From Promethearchaeota archaeon (GTDB lineage: Archaea; Asgardarchaeota; Lokiarchaeia; Sigyniarchaeales; SOKP01), in contig JBHLOC010000009.1 in the NCBI GenBank assembly GCA_048940925.1, positions 1-64,000 of the forward strand: 64,000 nt of DNA. Reading direction: 5' to 3'. Shown piece after piece: positions 50,132 to 60,550 of the stretch (positions within the stretch are counted from its first letter, which is position 1; the number at the start of each line of letters is the position of its first letter). The position numbers were made by a program, and so were the translations under genes. Below the pieces are notes generated by a model. That model had not been told where the DNA came from and made no database searches. It saw only the letters and a program-made list of their open reading frames with translations.

Positions 50132-51046
50132 TTATTGATAGTATTGACTTAATTCATTCTTTAATTTATCTAATATCTCTGTCATAACTTCTTGGTCTAA
50201 ATTTTCAGATAATAAAATTAAATATTTAAAATTATTATGATATTTATTTATATCTTCTATTAACATATTTAAAATTTTAGAACCTGGGCTTATTATACTA
50301 GTTTTTGTTGTAGTAAACCCAGACGATTTGCTTAAATGATATACTTTTTCATATAAATAGAAAAGAATACTAGTATCAAAATCGTTTGACATCTCTTGAA
50401 TAATCAGATTATTTTCTTGATTAGAAACAAAACAACTTGTCTTAGACAAATTTTTGACAATGTTTTTGATAATTTCTTTTAGATTGGAAGTATCTTTTGA
50501 GAAACCACTTATAGTGGCTGACAATGCATTGTAAGTGGTATATATTAAATTTGGATGCAAACTTGTGAAATAAATTTGTATTTCTTCAGGAAGTTTTAAT
50601 TGGGTAATTATTTGCCTTCGTATTAAAGCGAGCATACTTCCAATTTTCTTAGTGATTAATAGATCAATTTTATGCAGAAATAAAACAATTTTAGCATCAA
50701 ATCCCAGCTTTTTTCTAATTTCATAAATTTTCTTCACATCATCAATAATATCTTGTGAATCTTTGATCCAGGTTGGATAATCAAAAAGATAAATGATTGC
50801 ATTGGTATCTCCGAACGCTAATATTTGTTTCTGTTCATCTTCCAATATAATGGATAATGATTGACCAGGTGCATCAATTAGGCTAACTTTTGTATTCATA
50901 AAATCATGGACAGAATATTGCATTTTAATAGTTGCTTCAAGTGGAAAAAGTACTAATTCATTTGGATCTTCTCCTTCGAAGATTACCTTTTGAATTGTGG
51001 TTTTTCCCATTTCTGGTTTTCCAATAAATGTGATTTTTGTAGCCAT
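50132..51046 (-). CDS. Rag/Gtr1-like GTPase with C-terminal roadblock-like domain
   Basis: G1 GKPEMGKTT, LEATI, DAPGQ, IYLFD, Rag-type G4 HKID, G5 TSL. Confidence 0.85.
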   Translation of the reverse strand: MATKITFIGKPEMGKTTIQKVIFEGEDPNELVLFPLEATIKMQYSVHDFMNTKVSLIDAPGQSLSIILEDEQKQILAFGDTNAIIYLFDYPTWIKDSQDIIDDVKKIYEIRKKLGFDAKIVLFLHKIDLLITKKIGSMLALIRRQIITQLKLPEEIQIYFTSLHPNLIYTTYNALSATISGFSKDTSNLKEIIKNIVKNLSKTSCFVSNQENNLIIQEMSNDFDTSILFYLYEKVYHLSKSSGFTTTKTSIISPGSKILNMLIEDINKYHNNFKYLILLSENLDQEVMTEILDKLKNELSQYYQ

Positions 51047-51228
51047 GTTTTTACCTCATATTCTTATCTAAAAGTTTATGATTTGCAAGAATTATTCAAG
51101 CTACTTTATAATCAAATAAAAGTAAATATATTTAAAGTTGATTAAATCTATAAAATCAATTTTTTTATCTAATTGAGTTATATTTCTAGTGGAATTAAAT
51201 AAGAAATAAATCAAATAAACATGATATA

Positions 51229-52464
51229 TTAAATTTTCGAAGCTATGAAATCGATAATATCTAGTAATTTTATTTTTTCTTTAATCTCCGGTTCCACTTC
51301 TTCATATGCATCACTTAAATTTCCAATACAAAACGGGCAGCTGGTTGTTAATATATCTGCTCCTGATTCTACGGCTTCTCTAATTCTCTCTTTTGAAATA
51401 TCTTTTGCTAAATTCGGAAATTGACTCTTCATACCTCCACCTGCTCCACAACACCATGCATGTTTACGATTTCTTTTCATTTCAAGCAATTCAACTCCTG
51501 GAATTTTTACAATCAGTTCTCTTGGGATCTCATATAAGTTCATATGACGCCCTAGGTGACAAGGATCATGATATGTTACTTTTATCTGTTCCTCTTTAGC
51601 AGGATCGAAAGGAATTTTGTTATTGTTAATCAAATCAATTAAAACTTCAGTAATATGTTTCACTTCAAATGGTAATTCTTCTCCTAATAAATCTGGATAA
51701 TCTTTCTTTAAAGTTCTATAACATCCTGCACAAGCAGTAAATATTGTTTTTGCTCCCATATTCTTAAAAGTTTCGATATTATGCTTTAAAAGTTCGTCTA
51801 CCGATTTATAATCACCTATACGAGCTCCAATAGAGCCACAACACCATTCATTTTTCGATAATGCAATCTCTATCTCAGATACTGATAATATTTTCATCAT
51901 ACTCTTCAATGTATCAGCTTGTCTTAAAGGCATCGTACACCCTGCAAAAAATACAAGTTCTCCTTTATCTTTAATAGCTGGAAATTCTTGAGCCCACTCA
52001 AATTTTTTGGCTATATCTTCGCCATAAGGATTTTTAGTATTATCATTGTTCATATATTGAATCAATTCTGCGTGTCTATCAAGTGGAGCAAAACCAGCTT
52101 CTACTAAGTCTTTCCTCAAGGCATCCCAAACCTTCACATGATCGATCCATTTACTTGTTGGTAATATGATATTTTCATTATGTGTCATATGGCAAACTTC
52201 TGTACAGTTTCCACATTCAGAACATTTATATATCCACTCCGCGAGTTCTTTACTCAGTGGAATTTGTCCTTTCAAAATACTCTTTAGTACATTCATTCGA
52301 CCTCGAGAAAAGTATATTTCAAAACCCTCTTCATCTTTTGCTTCTTTCACAGGACAAGTTAAATATCTCCCAACAAAAGGTCTAATGGAAAATCCACAAT
52401 CTCCGCAATTCATACAGGTAAATATAGCATCCCATTCTTTTTTCAAATTTTTTAATTCACTCAT
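51229..52464 (-). CDS. HdrD/GlcF-like Fe-S oxidoreductase (2 ferredoxin + 2 CCG domains)
   Basis: CMNCGDC..CP, CSECGNC...C, CCG, ACAGC, YHDPC, CCGAGGG, SCPFC. Confidence 0.88.
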   Translation of the reverse strand: MSELKNLKKEWDAIFTCMNCGDCGFSIRPFVGRYLTCPVKEAKDEEGFEIYFSRGRMNVLKSILKGQIPLSKELAEWIYKCSECGNCTEVCHMTHNENIILPTSKWIDHVKVWDALRKDLVEAGFAPLDRHAELIQYMNNDNTKNPYGEDIAKKFEWAQEFPAIKDKGELVFFAGCTMPLRQADTLKSMMKILSVSEIEIALSKNEWCCGSIGARIGDYKSVDELLKHNIETFKNMGAKTIFTACAGCYRTLKKDYPDLLGEELPFEVKHITEVLIDLINNNKIPFDPAKEEQIKVTYHDPCHLGRHMNLYEIPRELIVKIPGVELLEMKRNRKHAWCCGAGGGMKSQFPNLAKDISKERIREAVESGADILTTSCPFCIGNLSDAYEEVEPEIKEKIKLLDIIDFIASKI

Positions 52465-52468
52465 ATTA

Positions 52469-53983
52469 TTAATCCCCCCAAAAATTAAATTTTCCTCTAC
52501 TCAGAATCATATTAGGATCTAGTATTTTCTTGATTGACTTCATTAGATTATAATATTCCTCAGTGTATGCACCAATATCAACCATTAAACGAGACATAAA
52601 ATCTCCCATCATATACCATTGAACACCATGTTTTGTAACTCTTTCTAAAAGTGATTTCCATAATTTTAAATTCGTTTCTTGAATGACATCATAGTTCTCA
52701 CCATTAAAATAACTCCAGAAGCTTGTAAAACCACATGTAATTTCTACATTATTACCATCTATTAATAATATAGGACCACTTCCAGAAATAGGTCTCATTT
52801 TAGTAATATTAAAAATTTTTTGCATATTCTCATTATTTTCCATATCCCATTGATCAATATCGTTCAGAATTTCTGGATATTTATTTACTGGACAAAAAGA
52901 TTCAGCTGTTAATGGTTGATTGGATGGTACCAATCCCCATAAATTGTGATAGAATTGCCAATGTCCTTGTTCAACATAATGCCACTTAGCAATATTACCA
53001 TCCGAAATTTCTGAACCTACGTTTTCTGCTTTATTACTTATCATGATTTCATCTAATTGTTTTGCTTTCTCTTCCAATTCTCCTTCAGAATTGGCTTCTA
53101 TAGTATAAAAAATTAAACCTCTTTTCCTTTTTAAATTCTCATACATGGGCATTAAGCCTTGATCAACTCCAATTCTAACAAGTAAATCCATAATATACAT
53201 TGCATCATAGACATCAATTCCTTTATGTCTAATTTCTGACAAAATTTTTGCTGATACCTCTCTTTCTTTTCGAGGTAATAAGAATGTTTTATACTCGGCA
53301 TATTCTGGTTTAGGAAACACTTGTAAAGATACTTTAGTTTTAACACCAAAAATCCCATTATCCCCACAGAATAGTCCTGCTAAGTCTGGACCATTACCAA
53401 ATCGGTTGAATGGGAATTTTGAATATTTATTTGCTTGAGAACCTGTTTCTATAATATCTCCAGTCGGCAAGACTACTTCTAAAGATACTAATTGATTTGT
53501 ACAGGCACCATATTTAGCACATCCTCCTCCACCAACTGAATGATGTGAAATACCCCCTCCTATTGATGCGGACATGCCTGATCCTGGGCCCATACATCCA
53601 GTATAAAGATTAAAATGGCAAAGATATTCATTTAATTTTCCCCAAGATATTCCTGCTTCAACAGTCACGATAAGATTTTCCTCATCCAAATTTAGAATAT
53701 TATTCATTCTTTTCATATCTAATACAATTCCGTTATCTCCAATAGGTTTACTTCCCCCAAACTCACATATTCCTGCTCCACGAGGAATTACAGCAATATT
53801 TTCTTCATTAGCAATTTTAAGAATTTCTGAGATTTCTTGTGCATCTTTTGGTCGTATTACTATATCAGGTATTCCTTGTAAGACTATATCTACATTTCGC
53901 GAATAAGCATGACGAACATAAAGGTCATTCGAAAGATACTTTTTCGAGACAATTTTCTCTAATTTTTGATATAAATCAGACAT
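52469..53983 (-). CDS. FAD-binding oxidoreductase (GlcD/VAO superfamily)
   Basis: PDIVIRP, PRGAG, VEAG, SIGG, LEVVLPTG, GIFGV.TK, DPNMIL. Confidence 0.88.
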   Translation of the reverse strand: MSDLYQKLEKIVSKKYLSNDLYVRHAYSRNVDIVLQGIPDIVIRPKDAQEISEILKIANEENIAVIPRGAGICEFGGSKPIGDNGIVLDMKRMNNILNLDEENLIVTVEAGISWGKLNEYLCHFNLYTGCMGPGSGMSASIGGGISHHSVGGGGCAKYGACTNQLVSLEVVLPTGDIIETGSQANKYSKFPFNRFGNGPDLAGLFCGDNGIFGVKTKVSLQVFPKPEYAEYKTFLLPRKEREVSAKILSEIRHKGIDVYDAMYIMDLLVRIGVDQGLMPMYENLKRKRGLIFYTIEANSEGELEEKAKQLDEIMISNKAENVGSEISDGNIAKWHYVEQGHWQFYHNLWGLVPSNQPLTAESFCPVNKYPEILNDIDQWDMENNENMQKIFNITKMRPISGSGPILLIDGNNVEITCGFTSFWSYFNGENYDVIQETNLKLWKSLLERVTKHGVQWYMMGDFMSRLMVDIGAYTEEYYNLMKSIKKILDPNMILSRGKFNFWGD

Positions 53984-54123
53984 TTCTATATTAACTCATT
54001 AAATTTATATAAAGCAATTTATAATAGAAACATTAAATTACTTAAATATATTCCAAATTAAATTTAAGTTAAATCGAGATAGAGAAAGCAACCTAAACGA
54101 TTAGGGAATCAAGGGTGTAATAA

Positions 54124-54408
54124 ATTTATTATCGAGGATATATATTAATACGTTTAAAAGCAATTGGTACTGAATGGAAGGTTGTTGAAAAATTGATTAA
54201 TTTAAAATCTACTGATCTAGACGAAGATTGGAAAATCACATATGCAACTCCTATTTATGGGGGTTGGGATATAATGGTAGAATGTTCATTTACTAAAATG
54301 AGAGATTTAGATAAAATATCTACTTTTTGCAAGGTAGATAAAGATTTATCGCAGTGGATAGAAGAAACAACCACATTAATAGGTTCAAAAAAAGATTATC
54401 CTAGATAA
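54124..54408 (+). CDS. Stand-alone Lrp/AsnC ligand-binding (RAM-like) domain protein, probable ATT start
   Basis: Frame open from ATT 54124: IYYRGYILIRLKAIGTEWKVVEKL...IYGGWDIMVE...IEETTTLI, matching the RAM pattern. Confidence 0.72.
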   Translation: MYYRGYILIRLKAIGTEWKVVEKLINLKSTDLDEDWKITYATPIYGGWDIMVECSFTKMRDLDKISTFCKVDKDLSQWIEETTTLIGSKKDYPR

Positions 54409-54465
54409 TATAAGGTTGTAATATTTTGAATTAACTCATATTAGTAATTTAGATTTACTGTTATT

Positions 54466-55089
54466 TTGGGTTGGAAAACCTTGTATAAGATTAGAAAATA
54501 TTCTATTATAACTATAATTTTTATTTTACTAACTATTCCTCTGTTTTTCGGAGTTTTTATAAAATTTTTCTTAATATTTAATATAAATCTAAAGGTGATT
54601 TTAGTTTTAATAACAGGATTTTGTGTCCTTATGATATTGAGTAAATTGACCGAAATATATGGTTATAGCGATAGACACATTGAAATTATGAAAGATCATG
54701 ATATTATAGAGGTGTTTATTAATAACCACAATCAGATAATTGTATGGGTTTTTTTTCCAATAATAATGATAATTGAAGAATTAATCTTTAGATATTATTT
54801 GATTGGTTTCTTATTTTTTATTTTGGGATTAGAATCTTTTCTACTAATACTATCATCCAGCTTAATTTTCTCGCTATATCATATACATACGTGGTTTGTT
54901 ATTAAAAATCTAAGACTTAGGTTGATTAATCTTAGTAATCCCTTTTTATTAGGTTTATTCAATGGGTATTTATTTCTAAAATTAGGGATTATACCATGTA
55001 TTTTGGTTCATTATTTTCTAGCTCTATTTTTATATTACAATTTATATAGAAGATATTTTAAAAGAGAAAATGAAGAAAATAAAAATTAA
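54466..55089 (+). CDS. CPBP family intramembrane metalloprotease
   Basis: EELIFR, FSLYH, terminal H motif. Confidence 0.8.
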   Translation: MGWKTLYKIRKYSIITIIFILLTIPLFFGVFIKFFLIFNINLKVILVLITGFCVLMILSKLTEIYGYSDRHIEIMKDHDIIEVFINNHNQIIVWVFFPIIMIIEELIFRYYLIGFLFFILGLESFLLILSSSLIFSLYHIHTWFVIKNLRLRLINLSNPFLLGLFNGYLFLKLGIIPCILVHYFLALFLYYNLYRRYFKRENEENKN

Positions 55090-55108
55090 AAAAGAAAAGT
55101 GCTAAAAA

Positions 55109-56839
55109 TCATTTTTCTCTCAATAATTTCTTATCTACTTTACCTATGGTAGTAAGAGGCATTTCTTCAATAAATTCAATGATTTTTGGAACTTTATATT
55201 TAGCTAAATTATCTTTTGCATGTTTTAGAATATCATTTTTCGTTTCTTCTGTAGCTTCATATCCTTTCTTTAGTAATACAAATAATTTGACAACCTCAGA
55301 GCCAGGACGCTCTGGATCGGGAATTCCAACAGATGAACAGAGTTCAATTGCTGGATGTTCATTCATTTTATCATCAACTTCTACAGAAAATACTTTAAAA
55401 CCACTTACATTTATCATGTCTTTCGTTCGGTCAACAATAGTAATATAACCTTCCTCATCCATGACCCCTATATCACCACTATAGAAAAATCCATTTTGAA
55501 GAGCATTATCTGTTTCTTTAGGTTTATTCCAATATCCTTTAAATATTTGGGGACCTCTAATAGCTATCTCTCCAGGTTCTCCTAAAGGAACTTCTTTTTC
55601 GTGATCTGCAACATCTACAATTTTTACTTCAGTATTAGGGAAAGGAATACCAACAGTTCCTATTTTCTTCTTCCCTAAATAGGGATTCATTGTAACACCT
55701 GGAGATGCTTCAGTCATACCATAAGCTTCTACAACTTTTTCTTTACCAACAACATCTTCAAATTCATATATACTTTCAGTTGGAAATGGGGCTGCACCAG
55801 AAATATATCCTATTACTGAGCTAAGATCTAGCTTTTTAAACCTTCGATTCTTTACGAGCATCATATAAAGTGTTGGAACATTATACATTAGTGAAACTTT
55901 CCCTTCATAATCTTTCATTTTCCCCACCATATAGTTCGTATCTCTTGGATCTGGAACTAAAATTTGCATACACCCTTGTGCAACTGTTTGTAGACAAAAT
56001 TGCAGACCAGCTAAGTGAAAAAAAGGAAAACCTGAGATGTAAACATCTTTTCCTGGTTTAAGGGCAGGTTCAAACCAATGATTTACTATTTGAATTATAG
56101 ATATTAAATTTTGGTGGGTTAAAATAGCTCCTTTAGGAGGACCAGTTGTTCCACCAGTATATTGAAGTAATAAGACATCTTCTGGTTCAATTTTTATATC
56201 TGGAATTGTTTCACTTGGAGATTTTTCTAATATCTCTTTAAAGTTAGCAAATTCAATTCCTTCTATAGGCTCTACTTTTCCAAATGGGACTTTTCCTATT
56301 TTAATTAATTGTTCTTTCATTTTAGGTTCTATATCTAAAAAATCAGCAACATTAGTTGTAATAACAATCTTCACATCAGTTTCTCCACTTATAATTGCTT
56401 GTCTAACCTTTTCTTCATAAAAAGAATCAAGTGTTAAAATTGCAACTGCGCCAGAATCTTTTAATTGATATATTATTTCATTAGGTTGTAATAGGAAATT
56501 CATACCTGACGCTGCGCATCCAGCATAGAATATTCCAAACAATGATATAATAAACTGAGGAATATTTGGCAAGTTAATAATGACTCGATCTCCTTTTTTA
56601 ACTCCATTATCAATAAGAAAGTTGGCAAAACTTATAATATAGTTCTCAGTTTCTTGATAAGTTGCACGAGTTCCCTGAAAATCATAACAAAGGCTATCAG
56701 GGTATTTTTGAACCGTTCTTCTCATCATTTCTACTAAAGAATAGATTTTGATGTCGATTTCAGGTTTTACATGCCTGTCATATGATTTTAGCCATATTTT
56801 TTCAGAGTATGGGCTGCTCTTCATCATTTTTTCTGTCAT
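55109..56839 (-). CDS. Long-chain fatty acid-CoA ligase
   Basis: YTGGTTGPPKG, YGMTE, SGDIG, DRTKD, GKVDK. Confidence 0.92.
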   Translation of the reverse strand: MTEKMMKSSPYSEKIWLKSYDRHVKPEIDIKIYSLVEMMRRTVQKYPDSLCYDFQGTRATYQETENYIISFANFLIDNGVKKGDRVIINLPNIPQFIISLFGIFYAGCAASGMNFLLQPNEIIYQLKDSGAVAILTLDSFYEEKVRQAIISGETDVKIVITTNVADFLDIEPKMKEQLIKIGKVPFGKVEPIEGIEFANFKEILEKSPSETIPDIKIEPEDVLLLQYTGGTTGPPKGAILTHQNLISIIQIVNHWFEPALKPGKDVYISGFPFFHLAGLQFCLQTVAQGCMQILVPDPRDTNYMVGKMKDYEGKVSLMYNVPTLYMMLVKNRRFKKLDLSSVIGYISGAAPFPTESIYEFEDVVGKEKVVEAYGMTEASPGVTMNPYLGKKKIGTVGIPFPNTEVKIVDVADHEKEVPLGEPGEIAIRGPQIFKGYWNKPKETDNALQNGFFYSGDIGVMDEEGYITIVDRTKDMINVSGFKVFSVEVDDKMNEHPAIELCSSVGIPDPERPGSEVVKLFVLLKKGYEATEETKNDILKHAKDNLAKYKVPKIIEFIEEMPLTTIGKVDKKLLREK

Positions 56840-56927
56840 TTTTGATCAAGATTAAAAATTTTTTTAATTAGATTTAACTTTTTTTATTAGTATTTTTATT
56901 GTCAGATATATATTTAAACCTATTTAT

Positions 56928-57809
56928 ATGATTAAAATGGATATTTACTTTAGAAAATTAGAATTTGAGGATATTCCCGCTATTAAAGATATTAGCAAAG
57001 ATATTTGGGAAGGTTGGGATTATATTCCTGGGATCATTGAACAATGGCTTAAAGATGAAAATTGTTTAAACTATGGAGCATTTATAGATGAAAACAGATC
57101 TATGATGGTCGGTTTTGGACGTATAAAAATTATTAATAATTATTTAGCTTGGTTAGAAGGAGGAAGAGTAAAGTTAGAATATCAGCGACAAGGGATTGGA
57201 AGAGAGATGATAAAATATGCATTAGATTATGCTTATAAAGTAAATGCGAAAGTGGCTCAGTTTGATACCTCATCAACAAACTTAGGATCGCAATCATTAG
57301 CAAAACATTTTGGATTTAAAAGAAAAAAATCTATGAATGTCTTAAATGCTGAGAAAAAAGATATTCAAATAACAGATGATTCAAACCCTGAATTTACCAA
57401 AATCTCAGCTCATAGAGCTAAATCTTTTTATAAATCATTTGATATAAGCCTTGGAGATGAGATTTGTTTTGGGTGGTCTTATACACCATTAAATTATATA
57501 ACAGATAATGATGGTGAATGGTATATACATGATTCTGATGCAATAGTACAAACAATTAAATATAAAAGAACTGTTCTTCAAGAATTTCCAGGAGAAAATG
57601 AAATTTGGTTAATTGCATATGGTACTCCAAAAATAGCATTTGGACTTCTTAAAGCTGTACTTCAAAAAGAACTTCAAAATGAAGGGAGTAATTATTTTGA
57701 AGTTTTTTGTCATCCCGATATTGCAAACCTCATTGAAACAATAGGTTTTTATTATTATGAGGGAAAACCATTCGGAGTTGTATTATTTGAAAAAGATTTA
57801 AATAAATAA
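56928..57809 (+). CDS. GNAT family acetyltransferase
   Basis: WLEGGRV..EYQRQGIG, N..SQ.L....GF. Confidence 0.85.
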   Translation: MIKMDIYFRKLEFEDIPAIKDISKDIWEGWDYIPGIIEQWLKDENCLNYGAFIDENRSMMVGFGRIKIINNYLAWLEGGRVKLEYQRQGIGREMIKYALDYAYKVNAKVAQFDTSSTNLGSQSLAKHFGFKRKKSMNVLNAEKKDIQITDDSNPEFTKISAHRAKSFYKSFDISLGDEICFGWSYTPLNYITDNDGEWYIHDSDAIVQTIKYKRTVLQEFPGENEIWLIAYGTPKIAFGLLKAVLQKELQNEGSNYFEVFCHPDIANLIETIGFYYYEGKPFGVVLFEKDLNK

Positions 57810-57845
57810 ATCATATTTACATTTATAAAAAACTATACATAGGAG

Positions 57846-58916
57846 ATGTTAATGTCTGACGATGCCTATTTGAAACTGAGAGAATTCTTAAATCAATTTC
57901 CTCTAGGGTTTCCTGAAACACCTTCTCAAGTTGAGTTAAAAATCTTAAAAAGACTATTTACTAAAGAAGAGGCTAAAATTACTGTATTATTAACCCCAAC
58001 ACCTAATACTGTTTCTCAGATTGCTAAAAAGTCTGAATTAGACGAAAAACAATTAGAGGAAAGACTAGAAATTATGGCTAAAAAAGGATTAATATTTCGC
58101 ATTCGACGAGATAATAAAACGTTCTTCAATGCTATTCCTTTCATGATTGGATTATATGAATATTCTGTCAAAAAAATAGATAAAGAACTTGCTAAATATT
58201 ATAAAGAATATTATGACACTGCATATCAAGAAGAAATGGGCTTAAGCAATGTTCCAGGATTTAAAGTGGTTCCAATTGAGGAGGCAATTGAATATAATAC
58301 TGTTCTTTTCCCATATCATAAATTGAAAGAAAGTATAAAGAATGCGAGAGTAATTTCAGTAACAGAATGTATCTGTCGTAAAGAAGCAGAATTAAACGGG
58401 GAGGGATGTGATAATCCAATAGAAACATGTCTCAGTTTTGGAGTAGCAGCAGAATATTATATTGAAAATGGTATAGGGCGTGAAATTTCTGCGGAAGAAG
58501 CAATTAAAATTATCAAACAAGCTGATAAAGCTGGTCTAGTTCATGCTGGTGCTAACTCTAAACACCTTTCTAATATATGTAATTGTTGTCCATGTTGTTG
58601 TGCATCAATGAAAGGAATAACACAGAAGGGGCTTGATAAACATAAGTTTATGAATGCTCTGTTCGAATCTATCGTGAATGAAGAACTATGCACATCTTGT
58701 GGAACATGCGTCGACCGATGCCCTGTTGGAGCCATAATATTAGAAGATACTGCTGTAGTTTCAAGAGAAAAATGTCTTGGATGTGGTTTATGTGCTACCA
58801 CTTGCCCTGAAGAAGCTATTGTTTTACATTTAAGGGAAGACCGTGAGGAACCTTTTAATAGAGTAATGGAGATGTCAATGGCTATGTTAGAAGGCAAAAA
58901 AAGTCATACAAAATAA
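57846..58916 (+). CDS. HTH + Cys-rich + 2[4Fe-4S] protein
   Basis: CICR, ETC, ICNCCPCCC, CTSCGTCVDRCP, CLGCGLCATTCP. Confidence 0.82.
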   Translation: MLMSDDAYLKLREFLNQFPLGFPETPSQVELKILKRLFTKEEAKITVLLTPTPNTVSQIAKKSELDEKQLEERLEIMAKKGLIFRIRRDNKTFFNAIPFMIGLYEYSVKKIDKELAKYYKEYYDTAYQEEMGLSNVPGFKVVPIEEAIEYNTVLFPYHKLKESIKNARVISVTECICRKEAELNGEGCDNPIETCLSFGVAAEYYIENGIGREISAEEAIKIIKQADKAGLVHAGANSKHLSNICNCCPCCCASMKGITQKGLDKHKFMNALFESIVNEELCTSCGTCVDRCPVGAIILEDTAVVSREKCLGCGLCATTCPEEAIVLHLREDREEPFNRVMEMSMAMLEGKKSHTK

Positions 58917-59108
58917 AAAATTGTTTAATAAATAAACTTCTCTGATACTCGTTTAATATTTGATCTGAAGTATTAAATTGAATCAATTCAGGTTCAAAAT
59001 TAATCAAAATAAGTACATTATTTATCAATTTTACTTTGTATTTTATATTTCCAAAAGCTGCAAAACAAATTTTAGGAATTTTAATTTTGAAAGAAAGAAA
59101 TTGAAGTT

Positions 59109-60440
59109 TTATTTAAAGTTAGGTAAATATTTTTTTTGAAGTTGACTCATTTCTTTAAAAATAATTTCTGCCATCTCAAAATTTTTGCAGTTAACATCCA
59201 TAGCAAGACAAGCGATAGCGAGATCTTTTGATTCGTTTAAAATAGCTTCTACACACACGTCTTGAATAGAGGCTTCAATCCGTAATAATGCAGCAACGCT
59301 TTTAGAGATATTTCCTAATTTAACTCCATGGATACCCTCTCTATTAACATATCCTGAACATTCTATTACGAGATCTTGAGGAAGATTATCAATAATACCT
59401 TTGTTAGAAATATTAACTGCCATTTCATATGAATTACTATCCGTAATAATTGCCTTGATAATTGGTATCCCTCTTTCTTCTGAATGAGCGTTTAGTATTA
59501 TGCCTTTTTTGGGATATCTTCCCTTTTCAAGTCTTTTATGATATTTTTTTAACCATGTGTTTACTGCTTTGTTTTCAGATTCCATTTTATCCAACCAGTC
59601 TAAGATATCTTCGATTTTAGTATATTGAGATCCAATTTGTAAATACTCACAGACATGATTATCTCCAGCATAACAAAAACAACCAGTTCTATTATAGAGC
59701 TCAAATGTTAGATCAGCAAAATGAAATCTATCCCATTTATCTTGAAAATACTCCATACACTTTGCATTAAACTCGGGCATTAAATTTTTTCCAGTTAATA
59801 AATCTTCTAATCTGAATAGAAACCCAAAGTGGTTTAAACCACCGAGAGTTAATTTCATTTCAGTTATTTCCTTATTTAGCATATCCGATAGATGATATTT
59901 TGTTAATAATTCAATTTGATGACAAAGCCCAACAAATTTTAATCCCGGAATGGATCTTTTAAGTGCTAAACAAATTCTTGACACGGGATTTGAATACACG
60001 ATTAGAAATGCATTAGGACAATAAGTCATAATATCTTGTCCAATTCTAATATGTTCAGGAATTTGACGAGCCGAATGGAAAAATCCTCCAGGACCCCCAT
60101 TTTCTGCCATCATCTCTGTTGAACCGTGTGTCCGAGGAATTAAATTGTCTTGCCGTCGTAATAAGAACCTATCCCCATTTTCAATTGAACAAATGATAAA
60201 ATCAGCATCTTTTAAAGCACTTTTTCGATCCAGAGTTTGTTCAATATTAAATCTATATTTACTGATTTCATTTTCTTTAAGGACAATATCATAGACTCTC
60301 TCTAACTTTTCCTTATTAATGTCATGGAGAACTATCGTAGATCCAAATAATATTTCACTCGAAAATATATCCATTAAAGTGACTGGTCCAAATGCAGCAC
60401 TTCCAGCACCAATCAATACTATTCTTTTAGTTCTTACCAT
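59109..60440 (-). CDS. Glycoside hydrolase family 4 (alpha-galactosidase/glucosidase, NAD+-dependent)
   Basis: IGAGS, ENGGPGG, YSNP, GLCH, GLNHF. Confidence 0.88.
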   Translation of the reverse strand: MVRTKRIVLIGAGSAAFGPVTLMDIFSSEILFGSTIVLHDINKEKLERVYDIVLKENEISKYRFNIEQTLDRKSALKDADFIICSIENGDRFLLRRQDNLIPRTHGSTEMMAENGGPGGFFHSARQIPEHIRIGQDIMTYCPNAFLIVYSNPVSRICLALKRSIPGLKFVGLCHQIELLTKYHLSDMLNKEITEMKLTLGGLNHFGFLFRLEDLLTGKNLMPEFNAKCMEYFQDKWDRFHFADLTFELYNRTGCFCYAGDNHVCEYLQIGSQYTKIEDILDWLDKMESENKAVNTWLKKYHKRLEKGRYPKKGIILNAHSEERGIPIIKAIITDSNSYEMAVNISNKGIIDNLPQDLVIECSGYVNREGIHGVKLGNISKSVAALLRIEASIQDVCVEAILNESKDLAIACLAMDVNCKNFEMAEIIFKEMSQLQKKYLPNFK

Positions 60441-60550
60441 CTACTTGACCTACAAAAAAATACTGAAAAAATTAATAATCCAATGGTATCATTCATTTTA
60501 ATACATAATATTAGATTATTTTTAATAGCTTAATGAATTTTGGATGAAGT

